NCBI GenBank assembly: GCA_000004985.1
Contig: GG738850.1
Reading direction: 5' to 3' (one strand)
DNA length: 64,000 bases
Source of the DNA: Naegleria gruberi
Lineage: Eukaryota
Part shown: positions 50,707 through 61,243 of the stretch, piece by piece
How the letters are laid out: every line of letters begins with the position of its first letter
Numbering within the stretch: the stretch's first letter is position 1
Program-made: the position numbers and the translations under genes
The notes under the pieces: generated by a model
What the model was told of the DNA's origin: nothing
Seen by the model: the letters and a program-made list of their open reading frames with translations, nothing else
Databases searched by the model: none

Positions 50707-53700
50707 ATGTTGTCACTTCTTCCAACTGAAGCAGCCAGTAGTAATACTCATCATCATCACCTTCATCATACTCAATCATCTTTGGAAATAAGGGAAGACG
50801 ATTATTCTATTCATTCCGATTATGATCCTCTTTCAACCGGAAGGGAATCATTTGTAAATAACATCAACAATATTGAGGAAGAAATTGGAGAATCCTTAGA
50901 CACTATCAGTAGTAACAGTGGTAGTGAGGAATTATTCTTTGGAATGGAACCAACCTCAACACAGAATAATCAGCATCATCATGATCCTTCTAGTCATGGA
51001 TCGTTTCCAGCTGATGTTGAGGAGGAAATTGAAGTATTGCCGGGGGAGGAGGATGACGATGATTCAGATAAAGATTTGAATTCGTCTGAAGAAAGAGGAA
51101 GGAGATCAAATATGAGAATCAAAACACATGACATGAATTATTCAGTAGATGATTACTTCAAATCATTAAATGGCAAGCTTCCTTCTCCAACATCACTTCC
51201 GAATCTAAACGATACAATTGAGGAATCTCTTGCTAGTGATGATTCCAATGAAAATACTCCAAAGAAAGCAACATCATCAATTATATACAAGAAGAGATTT
51301 CCAGTGCCAATTTCTGAACCAGTCTTTTCTCCTCGAAAGGATCGTCTTCTCAAACATTGTTCAACTTTCTACTTTCATCCAGAAACAGCTCAATGTTCCC
51401 ATGATTCCCAGCTCGTTTCACCAAAGGAGTACTCTTCATTCCTCTCTCGTCATTCAGATTTCAACTCTTCACCGAGTAGTTATAACATCAATAGTCCCCA
51501 ACAGCAACAATCAGCTGCTCTAATCACACACAGTAGTGTCTACACAACTTGGAGTGACGGTAGCAATAGCATCGGGAGCTTTAAAACCAACTCTGCCACT
51601 ACTGCAATGAACAACACTACAGTGAAAGACTCAACGATCGAACCATCAGAGGAAAACCCCAACCGAACAATTTCTCATCTTCCTTCAGTGAGCCTTTCCA
51701 ATGTTAAGAACCTCACGGAACGACAAAAAAATTTACTATACTCTATAAAGGTTGCTAAGGTTGTTAAGGAGAGTAATCATCACTCGACCACTAACAACAA
51801 TTGTAACAAGGACCTTAATCATCAACATCATCATTCTCAACAATCAACGGTTAATAGTAATAGTGAAAAGTCTCCTGTTACCGTATCAAAAAAATTAGGT
51901 TTATCAGAATTTACAGTTGCTAATAATAATAATAGCAACAATAAGAATCCATCATCAAATTATCGCATTAAGGAGGAAATTCTAGCACAATTATCATCTC
52001 CTTTGAAGAGGAAGTTGAAAAAGGAGGATATATTTGATTCTACTGTGCAACCATTAACATCATTTAGAAGTGACGAAGGAAGAGAAGTATCTGCTGTTGA
52101 GGAGTGGATTGCCTTTCAAAAGCAGAGAATTACTGAGGACGATAATATTGAGGATACAACTGGAGAAGGAATTTTTGAATTTACACAAGTGAAGGATTCA
52201 TCATTGCGAACATCAACAATTATTGGAGAGGACGAGCAAGAAAACAACAACATGACTAGTAATTCACTGAGTCCCCCATTTCACTTGATCAAGAGGAGTT
52301 CCAACAAGACAATGCAATTAATTTCATCAGATATTCCTATTGTACATAATGCTTCATCTACTGCCTTGTTTGCTAACATTCCACCAATCTTGAAACCACT
52401 TCAACTCTCACAGGCTAGTTCGGCCCAATTAGAAAAGAAACAACATCAAGTGGTGAGGAATTCCATTCAACAATTTCGTTCAAATAAGCATGCTCTCCAC
52501 ACTGTTCCGAAACCAACAGTTTCAAAGAGTCAAATTGTTCCACCAAGTGCCAAAACATCAGCACGACCCATGGTGGCACAACCATCCCCCAATCTAGTAA
52601 TACCAAATCAGCACGTCGAAGATGTTAAACCAGTGAGAAGAAAGAATGTACCTGTAATTAATGTTCCTCAAATTAAGATTACCGAAAAGATGCAAACCTA
52701 TGCTTCGTTGCATCAACTCAAATCACCATCGAATCACAAACAACAAGATTATGAACTGGCAGCTGATTCAGTATTTGTCGTCGTGTCTGGTGATGTTCTC
52801 AATGAAATTCGAGAAAAGAATGAAAAAGTTGAGAGAAAGAGACCTTACGAGATTATATACTTTGATAAGAGTTTATCAAGAGTGAAACAAGTTGTTCCAT
52901 GTGGATCATTTACAATTTTTGTTGCGGAAGGTAAAGAAACTGAAAGAGTGTTTGTAATATATAAGGAAAACCCACTCCTTCATCCAACCAAAAAGGTTGA
53001 AAATGTATATAACAAGTACTTTACCTTTTGCAATTCAAATTTTCATCCACAACTGAGAGAAGTTGACTACAAAACTCTTATCAGGACTGAGTTTGAGAAG
53101 AATAACGTAAATCTAGATCCATATGTATTGCAAGATCCAAAAAGTTTGGAATTGACTGAGGTTTATGGAACACAAGATGCATTCATGCTCAAAATGAGGA
53201 ATAATTTCTGTATCTTTATACATTTTGCAGAAACTGCGGAAAAGGTTAAAATATCCTTCTTTGAAGAGTATGCAGGAGGAACCATTGATTGGATTGAAAC
53301 AAATCCCTGCTCCAATACCTTACTCTTGTACGGTCACGCAAGAGGGAGAACCAATTACCTGTTGGATATAATGGTATTGGATCCAGAGCCGAGGAGAAGA
53401 AAGTTGCAACTTCCACCAGAAATATCTCAAAACAATATAAGGATTATTCGAGTAGGATTACACAGAATTATTATAGTGACCAATGACAATCAATTGTACA
53501 TACATAGAAGCGAGAAGAAAGGATCTGAAACATCTGAAAATTTTGAACTGTTTGATAAGGTTTGGGAAGCTCCTATCAGGCAAGTGAGATGTGGAGGCTA
53601 TCACAATGTGGTTCTGCTCCAGAATGGTAATATTTATGCGTGGGGTTTCAATAACCACTACCAATGTGGAATTTATGAAAATGTTAAAAACAAGATCCCT

Positions 53701-54051
53701 ATGGTACCTATCACTCTCTTAAATCAACCCAAGACGATGGATGGAGAAATAACAGATATTCAAGCATCTTATCTCACTACGAGTGTGATAACAACAAATG
53801 GAGTGTGGACAATAGGAGACATGACCGCAAAATTGAATACCTATGTCAAATCAACAGATGGTTTAAAGTATAGCATCATTCCATTTGCCAAGTTTAACTT
53901 TTTACTGAATGCCATGTGGAGCTCGGGAGACCATCTTGTCTTGTTCAATCACAGTGAAAATCATGAAGGTATACAGGGCTACTTCTCTAAGAATTTGAGT
54001 AAGATGCTACACATCGAATCTAGTCAAGATGAAAAGAGTAAAAGACAATGA
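50707..54051 (+). CDS. Large S/N/H-rich low-complexity protein with C-terminal RCC1-like repeat(s)
   Basis: ATG at 50707 and a single ORF. RCC1-type blade motifs (VRCGGYHNVVLLQNGNIYAWGFNNHYQCGI) lie near the C-terminus. Confidence 0.5.
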   Translation: MLSLLPTEAASSNTHHHHLHHTQSSLEIREDDYSIHSDYDPLSTGRESFVNNINNIEEEIGESLDTISSNSGSEELFFGMEPTSTQNNQHHHDPSSHGSFPADVEEEIEVLPGEEDDDDSDKDLNSSEERGRRSNMRIKTHDMNYSVDDYFKSLNGKLPSPTSLPNLNDTIEESLASDDSNENTPKKATSSIIYKKRFPVPISEPVFSPRKDRLLKHCSTFYFHPETAQCSHDSQLVSPKEYSSFLSRHSDFNSSPSSYNINSPQQQQSAALITHSSVYTTWSDGSNSIGSFKTNSATTAMNNTTVKDSTIEPSEENPNRTISHLPSVSLSNVKNLTERQKNLLYSIKVAKVVKESNHHSTTNNNCNKDLNHQHHHSQQSTVNSNSEKSPVTVSKKLGLSEFTVANNNNSNNKNPSSNYRIKEEILAQLSSPLKRKLKKEDIFDSTVQPLTSFRSDEGREVSAVEEWIAFQKQRITEDDNIEDTTGEGIFEFTQVKDSSLRTSTIIGEDEQENNNMTSNSLSPPFHLIKRSSNKTMQLISSDIPIVHNASSTALFANIPPILKPLQLSQASSAQLEKKQHQVVRNSIQQFRSNKHALHTVPKPTVSKSQIVPPSAKTSARPMVAQPSPNLVIPNQHVEDVKPVRRKNVPVINVPQIKITEKMQTYASLHQLKSPSNHKQQDYELAADSVFVVVSGDVLNEIREKNEKVERKRPYEIIYFDKSLSRVKQVVPCGSFTIFVAEGKETERVFVIYKENPLLHPTKKVENVYNKYFTFCNSNFHPQLREVDYKTLIRTEFEKNNVNLDPYVLQDPKSLELTEVYGTQDAFMLKMRNNFCIFIHFAETAEKVKISFFEEYAGGTIDWIETNPCSNTLLLYGHARGRTNYLLDIMVLDPEPRRRKLQLPPEISQNNIRIIRVGLHRIIIVTNDNQLYIHRSEKKGSETSENFELFDKVWEAPIRQVRCGGYHNVVLLQNGNIYAWGFNNHYQCGIYENVKNKIPMVPITLLNQPKTMDGEITDIQASYLTTSVITTNGVWTIGDMTAKLNTYVKSTDGLKYSIIPFAKFNFLLNAMWSSGDHLVLFNHSENHEGIQGYFSKNLSKMLHIESSQDEKSKRQ

Positions 54052-54199
54052 TCAACTTCTTTGAAAAACTAGTCTAAATGACAAACTCCTTTCATTAATA
54101 CCTTAATATCAAGCGCCCTTATTTATAGAAACCATCCTTAAAAAAATAAAATAACGCCATCACAGTGTGGGAGGACAATTTTACAGCAGTTTGTAGAGA

Positions 54200-55009
54200 A
54201 TGAATTTATCGAAGACTATTCTTTTGATTGTCTTGTTGGGAATTGTTGTCTTTCTTGCAACCACTACATTCGCACAAAAAGTTCCAACCAACAAAAAATT
54301 GGTTTCTAAGGCACAAAAACCAAAACCTTCATCTGTTCCAACCCAAAAGAAGAAGAATATTGTTAAGTCATCTTCTCCAGCAACAGGGAAGATAAAGAAG
54401 GCTACTAAGCAAGTAAAAAAGCCAACCTCCGATAAAAAGAAGAACCTAATAACAAGTTTGACAACATCAAAAGTTTCAACAAAACCTAGAAGTGAAGCAC
54501 AAAAGACATCTCCAACTATTGATCGCAGTGTACTCAAATTATTCAATGCTCAAGCAATACCTCCTGTCGCCCAACAACAACCTCCTAAATCAAGAACTAT
54601 TGCAGAAACTCTCAAATTATTAAATGGAGAATCTCAAAAATCAGTTGCCAAACCTGTACCAAAGCTCAGTACTCAATCAACTTCAAATACATCCATCACT
54701 CCATCCACTTCTAATCAAGTTGGTTTAGCTAAACCTCAACCAAAACCAGTCACCAAACCAAAACCTCAAGAAAAGAAGAACAAGTCGAAGAAGCCAGTAA
54801 AGAAACATCAAGAAAAGAAGGCATCTGGATCTAGAGTCAACATTTCCAATCTTATCAATGTTAATCAAGATAGACCACATCACGACCATCATCATAAAAG
54901 ACACAGAAGACATCCAAAGAGAAGACTCAGTCGTAATGAGAAAGAAAAGAAATTGTTCTTTAGAGACCTTGTCACCCTTTTGAAGAAAATTAAAAAAAAT
55001 AATCAATAA
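54200..55009 (+). CDS. Secreted Lys/Pro/Thr/Ser-rich basic protein (mucin- or histone-H1-like composition) with C-terminal His-rich segment
   Basis: ATG at 54200. It has a signal peptide (ILLIVLLGIVVFLATTTFA) followed by K/P/T/S-rich repeats and an HHDHHHKRHRRH segment. Confidence 0.5.
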   Translation: MNLSKTILLIVLLGIVVFLATTTFAQKVPTNKKLVSKAQKPKPSSVPTQKKKNIVKSSSPATGKIKKATKQVKKPTSDKKKNLITSLTTSKVSTKPRSEAQKTSPTIDRSVLKLFNAQAIPPVAQQQPPKSRTIAETLKLLNGESQKSVAKPVPKLSTQSTSNTSITPSTSNQVGLAKPQPKPVTKPKPQEKKNKSKKPVKKHQEKKASGSRVNISNLINVNQDRPHHDHHHKRHRRHPKRRLSRNEKEKKLFFRDLVTLLKKIKKNNQ

Positions 55010-55126
55010 ACTTTATTCCCTGTCTACTGAGTATGCAATATACCATGAAATAGCTGTCAAGTCAGCTAATTGTTTTGTGAGTTGTTTTAAGAAAATTTAT
55101 TTTAAATAATTTTTTAATTCAAAAAA

Positions 55127-56125
55127 ATGAGCGAACAAATAAGTCTTCCCTCTGCAACAACATCTGAAGCAAATAACAAGAGTAATAGTACCACTACTAT
55201 TAAAATCAATGCTGCTGGTCAACAACAAGTAAAAACTTCATCATCAAATCCGGCACCAATAACAACACAACCTAATAGTAAAATCATACTGAATAACGAT
55301 GAACATAAACAATTATCTAAACAAAAGTGTGAAAAGTGGACGATATATTATGCCAAAGAGGATGGATTCCGATTGGAAAAGGAAGATTTAAAGAATAATA
55401 GATTTTTAAATAATACAGTCACTAGTTATTTGATGCCACAGGAAAAGTTGGTGTCGAAAGATTATGTTCTGGGACGTAAACAACAATATGTAATCTCTAA
55501 GAGGAGGGAACCAGTTAAATCATTCAAGAGAAAGGATTTGGAATTGGAAAAGAAAGCAGAGGCCTTAATTGCCAAGCAAATTGAAAGATATAATGCTGTT
55601 TATGTAGTATCAAACAAGACATTGAAATATAGTATGGAGGAAGATTTTTCAAAGGAGGATATTTCATCATGGCCATCAACAACTGAAAAGGTTAGATTAT
55701 TCAAATCTAGTAAGAGTAATTTGGATGCTAAATTGATAAAAAAGGAACATGATGAAAAAATGAAAGCATATGAAGAATCACTGCTCCATCAAGAAGTTAA
55801 AGAGGAAGATACCAAACCAAAATACGAGATTAAGAAGAGAATTAGATTTTCAAATTTTGCAAATGTAGCACGAGATCGAGTTGAAAAAGTTGACAAGATT
55901 GTCTTTAACAAATCTAAAAAGGTGAAAACAGATAATGCAATTGTTGTTGAGAAAATCAATGAAGATAATAGTAGTGACGAAGATGAGGACTATGATGTTA
56001 GTGAGCTAAGTTCATGTGTTGTCTCTTACGATTCCATAATACAGTTTGCCAAAGATGCAAAAGAAAGAGCTGAAAAACGATACAATGAGGAATTGAAAGA
56101 TGGAATTCCACTCTATGATTTATAG
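55127..56125 (+). CDS. Hypothetical charged (K/E-rich) protein, 332 aa
   Basis: A single ORF with ATG at 55127. I found no family-specific motif. Confidence 0.4.
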   Translation: MSEQISLPSATTSEANNKSNSTTTIKINAAGQQQVKTSSSNPAPITTQPNSKIILNNDEHKQLSKQKCEKWTIYYAKEDGFRLEKEDLKNNRFLNNTVTSYLMPQEKLVSKDYVLGRKQQYVISKRREPVKSFKRKDLELEKKAEALIAKQIERYNAVYVVSNKTLKYSMEEDFSKEDISSWPSTTEKVRLFKSSKSNLDAKLIKKEHDEKMKAYEESLLHQEVKEEDTKPKYEIKKRIRFSNFANVARDRVEKVDKIVFNKSKKVKTDNAIVVEKINEDNSSDEDEDYDVSELSSCVVSYDSIIQFAKDAKERAEKRYNEELKDGIPLYDL

Positions 56126-56162
56126 ACAGTTAGCATTAGTTTATTAAACTTGAATTGTACAA

Positions 56163-57895
56163 TCATTTTCTCTTTGGTTGGGTCGAGTACTTGGTTGCTG
56201 TTGGCAGATGTGAGCTCGTCCTCACACCTCCTGTTGAAGTATATTGTATAGGTGAGGTGAGACCAGAAGTGTAACCAGAAGTGTATCCAGAATTATAAGC
56301 TGGAGATGCACCCATATTTCTCCCTCCAGAAAGATAACCTCTAGAAACAGCTGGAGCATAGGCAACATTTCTGGACCTAATTGCTCCAGAGCTTGTTTGA
56401 ACATTTTCAGTGTGTTGAGACGGTTTCGTGTATGAGTTTGAAACAATTACTCTTTCCCTTTCTCTTTCTCTTTGATTGCTTACTTCAATATTATTGTGAG
56501 AGTTGGAATGATAGTTAGAACTACTTGGTGTGTCTTGATAGGATTGATTGGTTTGATAAAGGAGTACATTACTAGATCCTTGTTGTGTTAGTACAGCTTT
56601 TTGATTTTCAATTTGCTGTTGTTGTTGCTCTTCAAGCCAAGTTTGAGCATTAGTACTTATTGGCATTTCAGGTTTCATATTATTCTGTAATTATCCAATA
56701 CATTAAATAATTCATATAGGAATGAAAGGAGTAATATTAATATTTCTTCTAATCCATTGATAAAACTTACAATTCTCTTAATTGTCCAATCGAAAACATA
56801 ATCCATTTGATATCCTTCTCGTGTAAACAAGTCACGGAAAAGTTTACGGAGATAGGCATAGTCTGGTTTATCTTCAAATCGGAGCGACCTTACATATTTG
56901 AGATATGTAGCAAATTCTGATGAATAGCCCTTACAAAGAGCTTCAACAGTTGTTGACATCTTCTTTTCACTAATTAAATCGTACTTTTGTTGCTTTGACT
57001 GGGCTTTTAATCCTTGCCAAGGTAAGCTTCCTCTAAGGAAATACATGAAAACGTATCCTAAACTTTCCAAATCATCTCTTCTCGACTGCTCAATACCAAG
57101 GTGAGCATTGACTGATGCATAACGGGCTGTGCCTGTTAAGCTCTTATTGTCTTTGAACACAATATGTGCATGAGTTTTACTGTCTCTGTATTTTTTGGCC
57201 AATCCAAAATCTAACAAGTTCGATTAGATCAACAATGTTGAACGAAAAAACCACTTACCGATTATGTAGACGTGGTGACCTTTTTTGCCTGTTCCCATCA
57301 AGAAGTTATCCGGTTTAACTGACCTAGTTAGATTTCAAATAAAAAACAAAATAAAACTTACTATCTCTGTGAATAAAATTCTTAGAGTGAAGGAATTCTA
57401 CTCGTGAAATCATCTGATCAGCTAACATGAGAACTGTTTTAAGTGAAAATTTTCTTCCACAAAAATTGAATAAGTCTTCCATGCTTGGACCAAGAAGATC
57501 AATAACCATCACGTTATAGTCACCTTCAACACCATACCATTTAACGGAAGGAACACCAATTGCAGGTCCTCCGAGGTTTAATAATTTGTATAACCTAGAT
57601 TCATATAAAAGTTGTTGATGGCGAGTCTTGACAGACTCTAATTTGATAGCAACCTTTTCTCCGGTCTGAATATTTGTTCCTGTTGTTTGTATTGATGATA
57701 AAAAGTTGTTGTTGTTGTAGTAACATAAAATCGATTTGATGAATAAATGCAGCAAAATAATCATCATCACAAAGTAATACATTAAATTGGTCATGATGAT
57801 GAAATGCTTGCAAACAAACCTTGGTAAATTTCTCCAAAACTACCACTTCCAACCTTACGTCCTAATTTCCACTTTCCACCTACTCTGAGATCCAT
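56163..57895 (-). CDS. Casein kinase I (CK1 delta/epsilon/Hrr25-like); 5 exons: 57895..57820, 57679..57362, 57318..57259, 57210..56771, 56684..56163
   Basis: Exon 1 is [26 protein letters not shown]. Exon 2 is [14 protein letters not shown]...FIHRD. Exon 3 is [21 protein letters not shown]. Exon 4 is FGLAKKYRD...GTARYAS...[11 protein letters not shown]. Exon 5 is a Q/S/Y/G-rich tail. The kinase core is near-identical to human CK1 delta. All junctions have GTAAGT or GTTTGT donors and CAG or TAG acceptors and keep the frame. Confidence 0.9.
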
Positions 57896-58519
57896 ATTGT
57901 TGTTTCTGTCGCTAGCTAATATTAAATTTTTTTTTTAATTTTGGAAGGGAAATCCAAACACTGATAATATCAAAAATGAATCGTTGATACCAATCAAGAA
58001 TTATGCTACAAAACGATTCTCTCCAAGTATTCGTTGTTGTTATTATTATGGTCTTGAATCAAAATCTCGTTTCAGCAGCACACAAGTAGTACACGGAGAG
58101 ATGGCCTTAATGTGCCGTTATTTTTTTCGTATTGGAAATGTAAAATATCGTGGCGCCAAGTCGTAAATTTGCCAGTCGTTACGAAATTTTTATCTGTAAA
58201 AATATTTTGCCAAGTAATAAAAATCCAAAGTTTTTCATCACCCGATTTAGCAATTTTTACTATTTGTGTTTTTTGATGAAAGAAGCAGCAATTATCAATC
58301 ACTTGGTTTCTAGTTTTTTAAAGAATATATTATTATTACTATTTTATTTACAATTATTGAAAGGTTGTGGAGCATCTCTATGTGTGTGTTTTAAAGTCGC
58401 AGGTCAAAATTGATATGAATACATGATATTACTAAAGTGGAAATTTAAATAATTATTCATGAAGAAGGGAACTACTAATCGTAGTGAAGTGATAGAAGTG
58501 AATTGTTAATCTTGTTAGA

Positions 58520-60283
58520 TTACAAATCATACATGACAACATCTTCATCTTCATCAACTTCTCTAGTAACAAAGGAAATATCGGAAAAGTAATTCTTATT
58601 GCTTTCATCTTGATCATAGAGTGCTTGGTAGAGGTGGCAGAACATTTCATTCTGATTTCTACTTCTCTTTTCCTTCGAAAAGAGATAGATACTACATGTT
58701 CTAAATCCTGCCGAAACACAATAATCTAGTTGTGGATATTGCTTCAATTTTGCAGATAGGAACGTTTCATGTTGTGGTTTGATATTGTATACTGGCTGAT
58801 CTTTGGTAGTTAACTGTTTGCAAGAATTATTTCCACACACGTAGACATCTCTAGATTCAGAAACAGCAATCATTGAGTAGAAACCAACAATTTCCTTGAT
58901 TGATTTTCCACTAAGGAAATCACATTGAATGAATCCCTCAGTGACATAGTTTGCATTTCCATTCACATATTGTTCATCTAAGAAGAGAGCTCTATCATTG
59001 GCAGTTCCACAAACATAGACCTTATCATCTCTTGTTTGAATGAAGGTTGATAAACTTCCACACCATACATTGGTGATATACTTGTGTGGCACAATCTGCT
59101 TTGAATCTTTCAAGGATTCAGTGGATGTTCTCTGATTATTACTGTAGAATGGTTCGAGTGGAGCAAAAACTGGATACTTTTTACCAATGGCATTGAATTG
59201 ATTGTCACCAGCAGCATACACAATTCCATCTTCAGTTAAAAAGAGTGAATGATGACTTCCTGCAACAATTTTAACAATCTTGAGTCCTTTTCCACCATCA
59301 TTACTCAATCCACCTTCTTTCAGAACAGTGACAGGTCTGAATCCACTTGAAACATTGACATGATTAGGCACACATCCTATTTGATTTTGTACATTTCTTC
59401 CACAGGCATAGACTATACCAGTCTCTGTCAAGACAAGTGTATGATAATATCCACAGGCAATTTCCTTAATTTTCTCACCTCCAAATGTCGAGGAAGGAAT
59501 GAGTTTTGGCACTGGTTCTCCAACACTCTTTTCAATACCAAGTTGACCATCTCCATTCTTACCAAACACTACAATTTCACCAGTGGACATTAACACAACA
59601 GTGTGGCCTTCTCCACTGACCAATTTCTTGACAAAGTAGCTTGGAGTAAGAGGAAGTTTTGGTAAGGCAACCGCCTCCACATGATCTCTTACTTCATTGG
59701 AATGACCAACACCTAATTCACCCACAGAATTGGAACCAGTTGCATAAAGTCCAGTCTTGGTCAAGTAAAATGTGACATTGTAACCACAGTCAATTGAAAT
59801 GAGTTCCTTAGGATCACATGGAAAGAGTGTATTATTCGATTTGCAATTATTCATTTGAGCTGCATCTGAGAATGGAATTGAACTATTTGAAGAATTGGAA
59901 GGGGAAGTTGCCACTGGCTTTGGTCTCTTTGATTCAATATCTGTCTTGACATGTTCTACTAAATCCTTAGGAGAAATCCAACCAGTACAATTCATTGAAG
60001 GAACACTATATCTACTTGTAGAACCACTGATAAATATTCTATCAGGCAATTGTTCCAATGTTGTGGTTGAGCAGGGAAGTTGTTGAGAATAATTGTGATA
60101 ATCATTTGAGGAGCTACATCCCTCTGCAAAACTAATCAAACTTCTCAATCCATATTTCAATGAGAAGGAATCACGATAGGAAAGTTTGGCATAGTCCAAA
60201 TCTTGAGAAGAGGAAGCACCACTCGATCTTCTCTGATAATTATATGATGATGAAGGCGAAGTTTTATCAAAATCTTGACTCAT
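58520..60283 (-). CDS. RCC1-repeat (regulator of chromosome condensation-like beta-propeller) protein
   Basis: ATG at 60283. There are at least five blades with the G.(N/D)..GQLG or GELG signature (SNSVGELGVGH, GKNGDGQLGI, GRNVQNQIGC, GDNQFNAIG). Confidence 0.7.
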   Translation of the reverse strand: MSQDFDKTSPSSSYNYQRRSSGASSSQDLDYAKLSYRDSFSLKYGLRSLISFAEGCSSSNDYHNYSQQLPCSTTTLEQLPDRIFISGSTSRYSVPSMNCTGWISPKDLVEHVKTDIESKRPKPVATSPSNSSNSSIPFSDAAQMNNCKSNNTLFPCDPKELISIDCGYNVTFYLTKTGLYATGSNSVGELGVGHSNEVRDHVEAVALPKLPLTPSYFVKKLVSGEGHTVVLMSTGEIVVFGKNGDGQLGIEKSVGEPVPKLIPSSTFGGEKIKEIACGYYHTLVLTETGIVYACGRNVQNQIGCVPNHVNVSSGFRPVTVLKEGGLSNDGGKGLKIVKIVAGSHHSLFLTEDGIVYAAGDNQFNAIGKKYPVFAPLEPFYSNNQRTSTESLKDSKQIVPHKYITNVWCGSLSTFIQTRDDKVYVCGTANDRALFLDEQYVNGNANYVTEGFIQCDFLSGKSIKEIVGFYSMIAVSESRDVYVCGNNSCKQLTTKDQPVYNIKPQHETFLSAKLKQYPQLDYCVSAGFRTCSIYLFSKEKRSRNQNEMFCHLYQALYDQDESNKNYFSDISFVTREVDEDEDVVMYDL

Positions 60284-61243
60284 TTTCCACTATATATTAA
60301 TGGTTTTCAATTGTGTATGATAATTAATTGCCGAAATGTTTCTTCTGCTTAGAGAGTTTGTTGAGGTTTGACGAAACTCTTTTTTTTTAATGTTTGAAAT
60401 CTCTCTCGCTGGTTATTCTGTACGGGAATCAAATGGAAAATTTGATGCACGTCAATTTGGTTTAGTTTGATGTGTGTTGTACGAATGTTCTTGAGTTGTA
60501 CAACAAAAAGGTAAAACTGGTTTCGGTTTCTTTCTGCTAAGTGTATGATGGTTTGTGAGGAAGGTATTTTACGAGTCAGTTATGATACAACGTAGATTTT
60601 TGAGGGATATCGAATGAGTTCTACGGCTTCGGATATTGTTGTAGTTTCGAATAGAAGAGAATCAATGAGAGATGAGACAATACTTGACGGGTTGAGCAAG
60701 TATTGTGTTTCAAAATATTGATTGTAAAATATTATCAATGTTATTGGGGTTCTTTTTTCTATTTAAAAATCAAGAGAAAATAAATTGGTTTCGAATTGGG
60801 GACTTTCTATCATTAGATGAAGCATTTCTAGTGAATTGACCTCTTTTGATAAAATTCTATTAAAGTGCATTGAATAACGGAACTCTATTGTCGTGTATTT
60901 ATTAGGTAATAGGCCACCGATCCATAACATTCCTTAATTGGGAATTATTTGAATTCGAAAATTTCTAAAACTAGTCCAAATAGCAAACTTTGAATAATTG
61001 AATTAGTATTTAGCTTTGATGTACATGTTCAAATTGAGACATTGACGACTCTTGTCAATATTCTTCCTCAAATGAAAGTCAAGGATGTATCACAATTAGA
61101 GGTAAATTTAGTATTGTTGTAATCTTGGGCAATAACTGATGATCCACAAGGAATTTAACTTGTGCCAACAACGTTTAAAAAATTTATGGTGGTATTCGCA
61201 TATCAAGCAAGAATTCACAAGTTGCTATAATCAAATCAACACT

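Noticed and set aside
57324-57852. Track ORFs 57324-57794 and 57601-57852 as independent genes
   Set aside because: The first is exon 2 of casein kinase I, where the track 'M' is not a start. The second is an alternate-frame read over exon 1 and intron 1.
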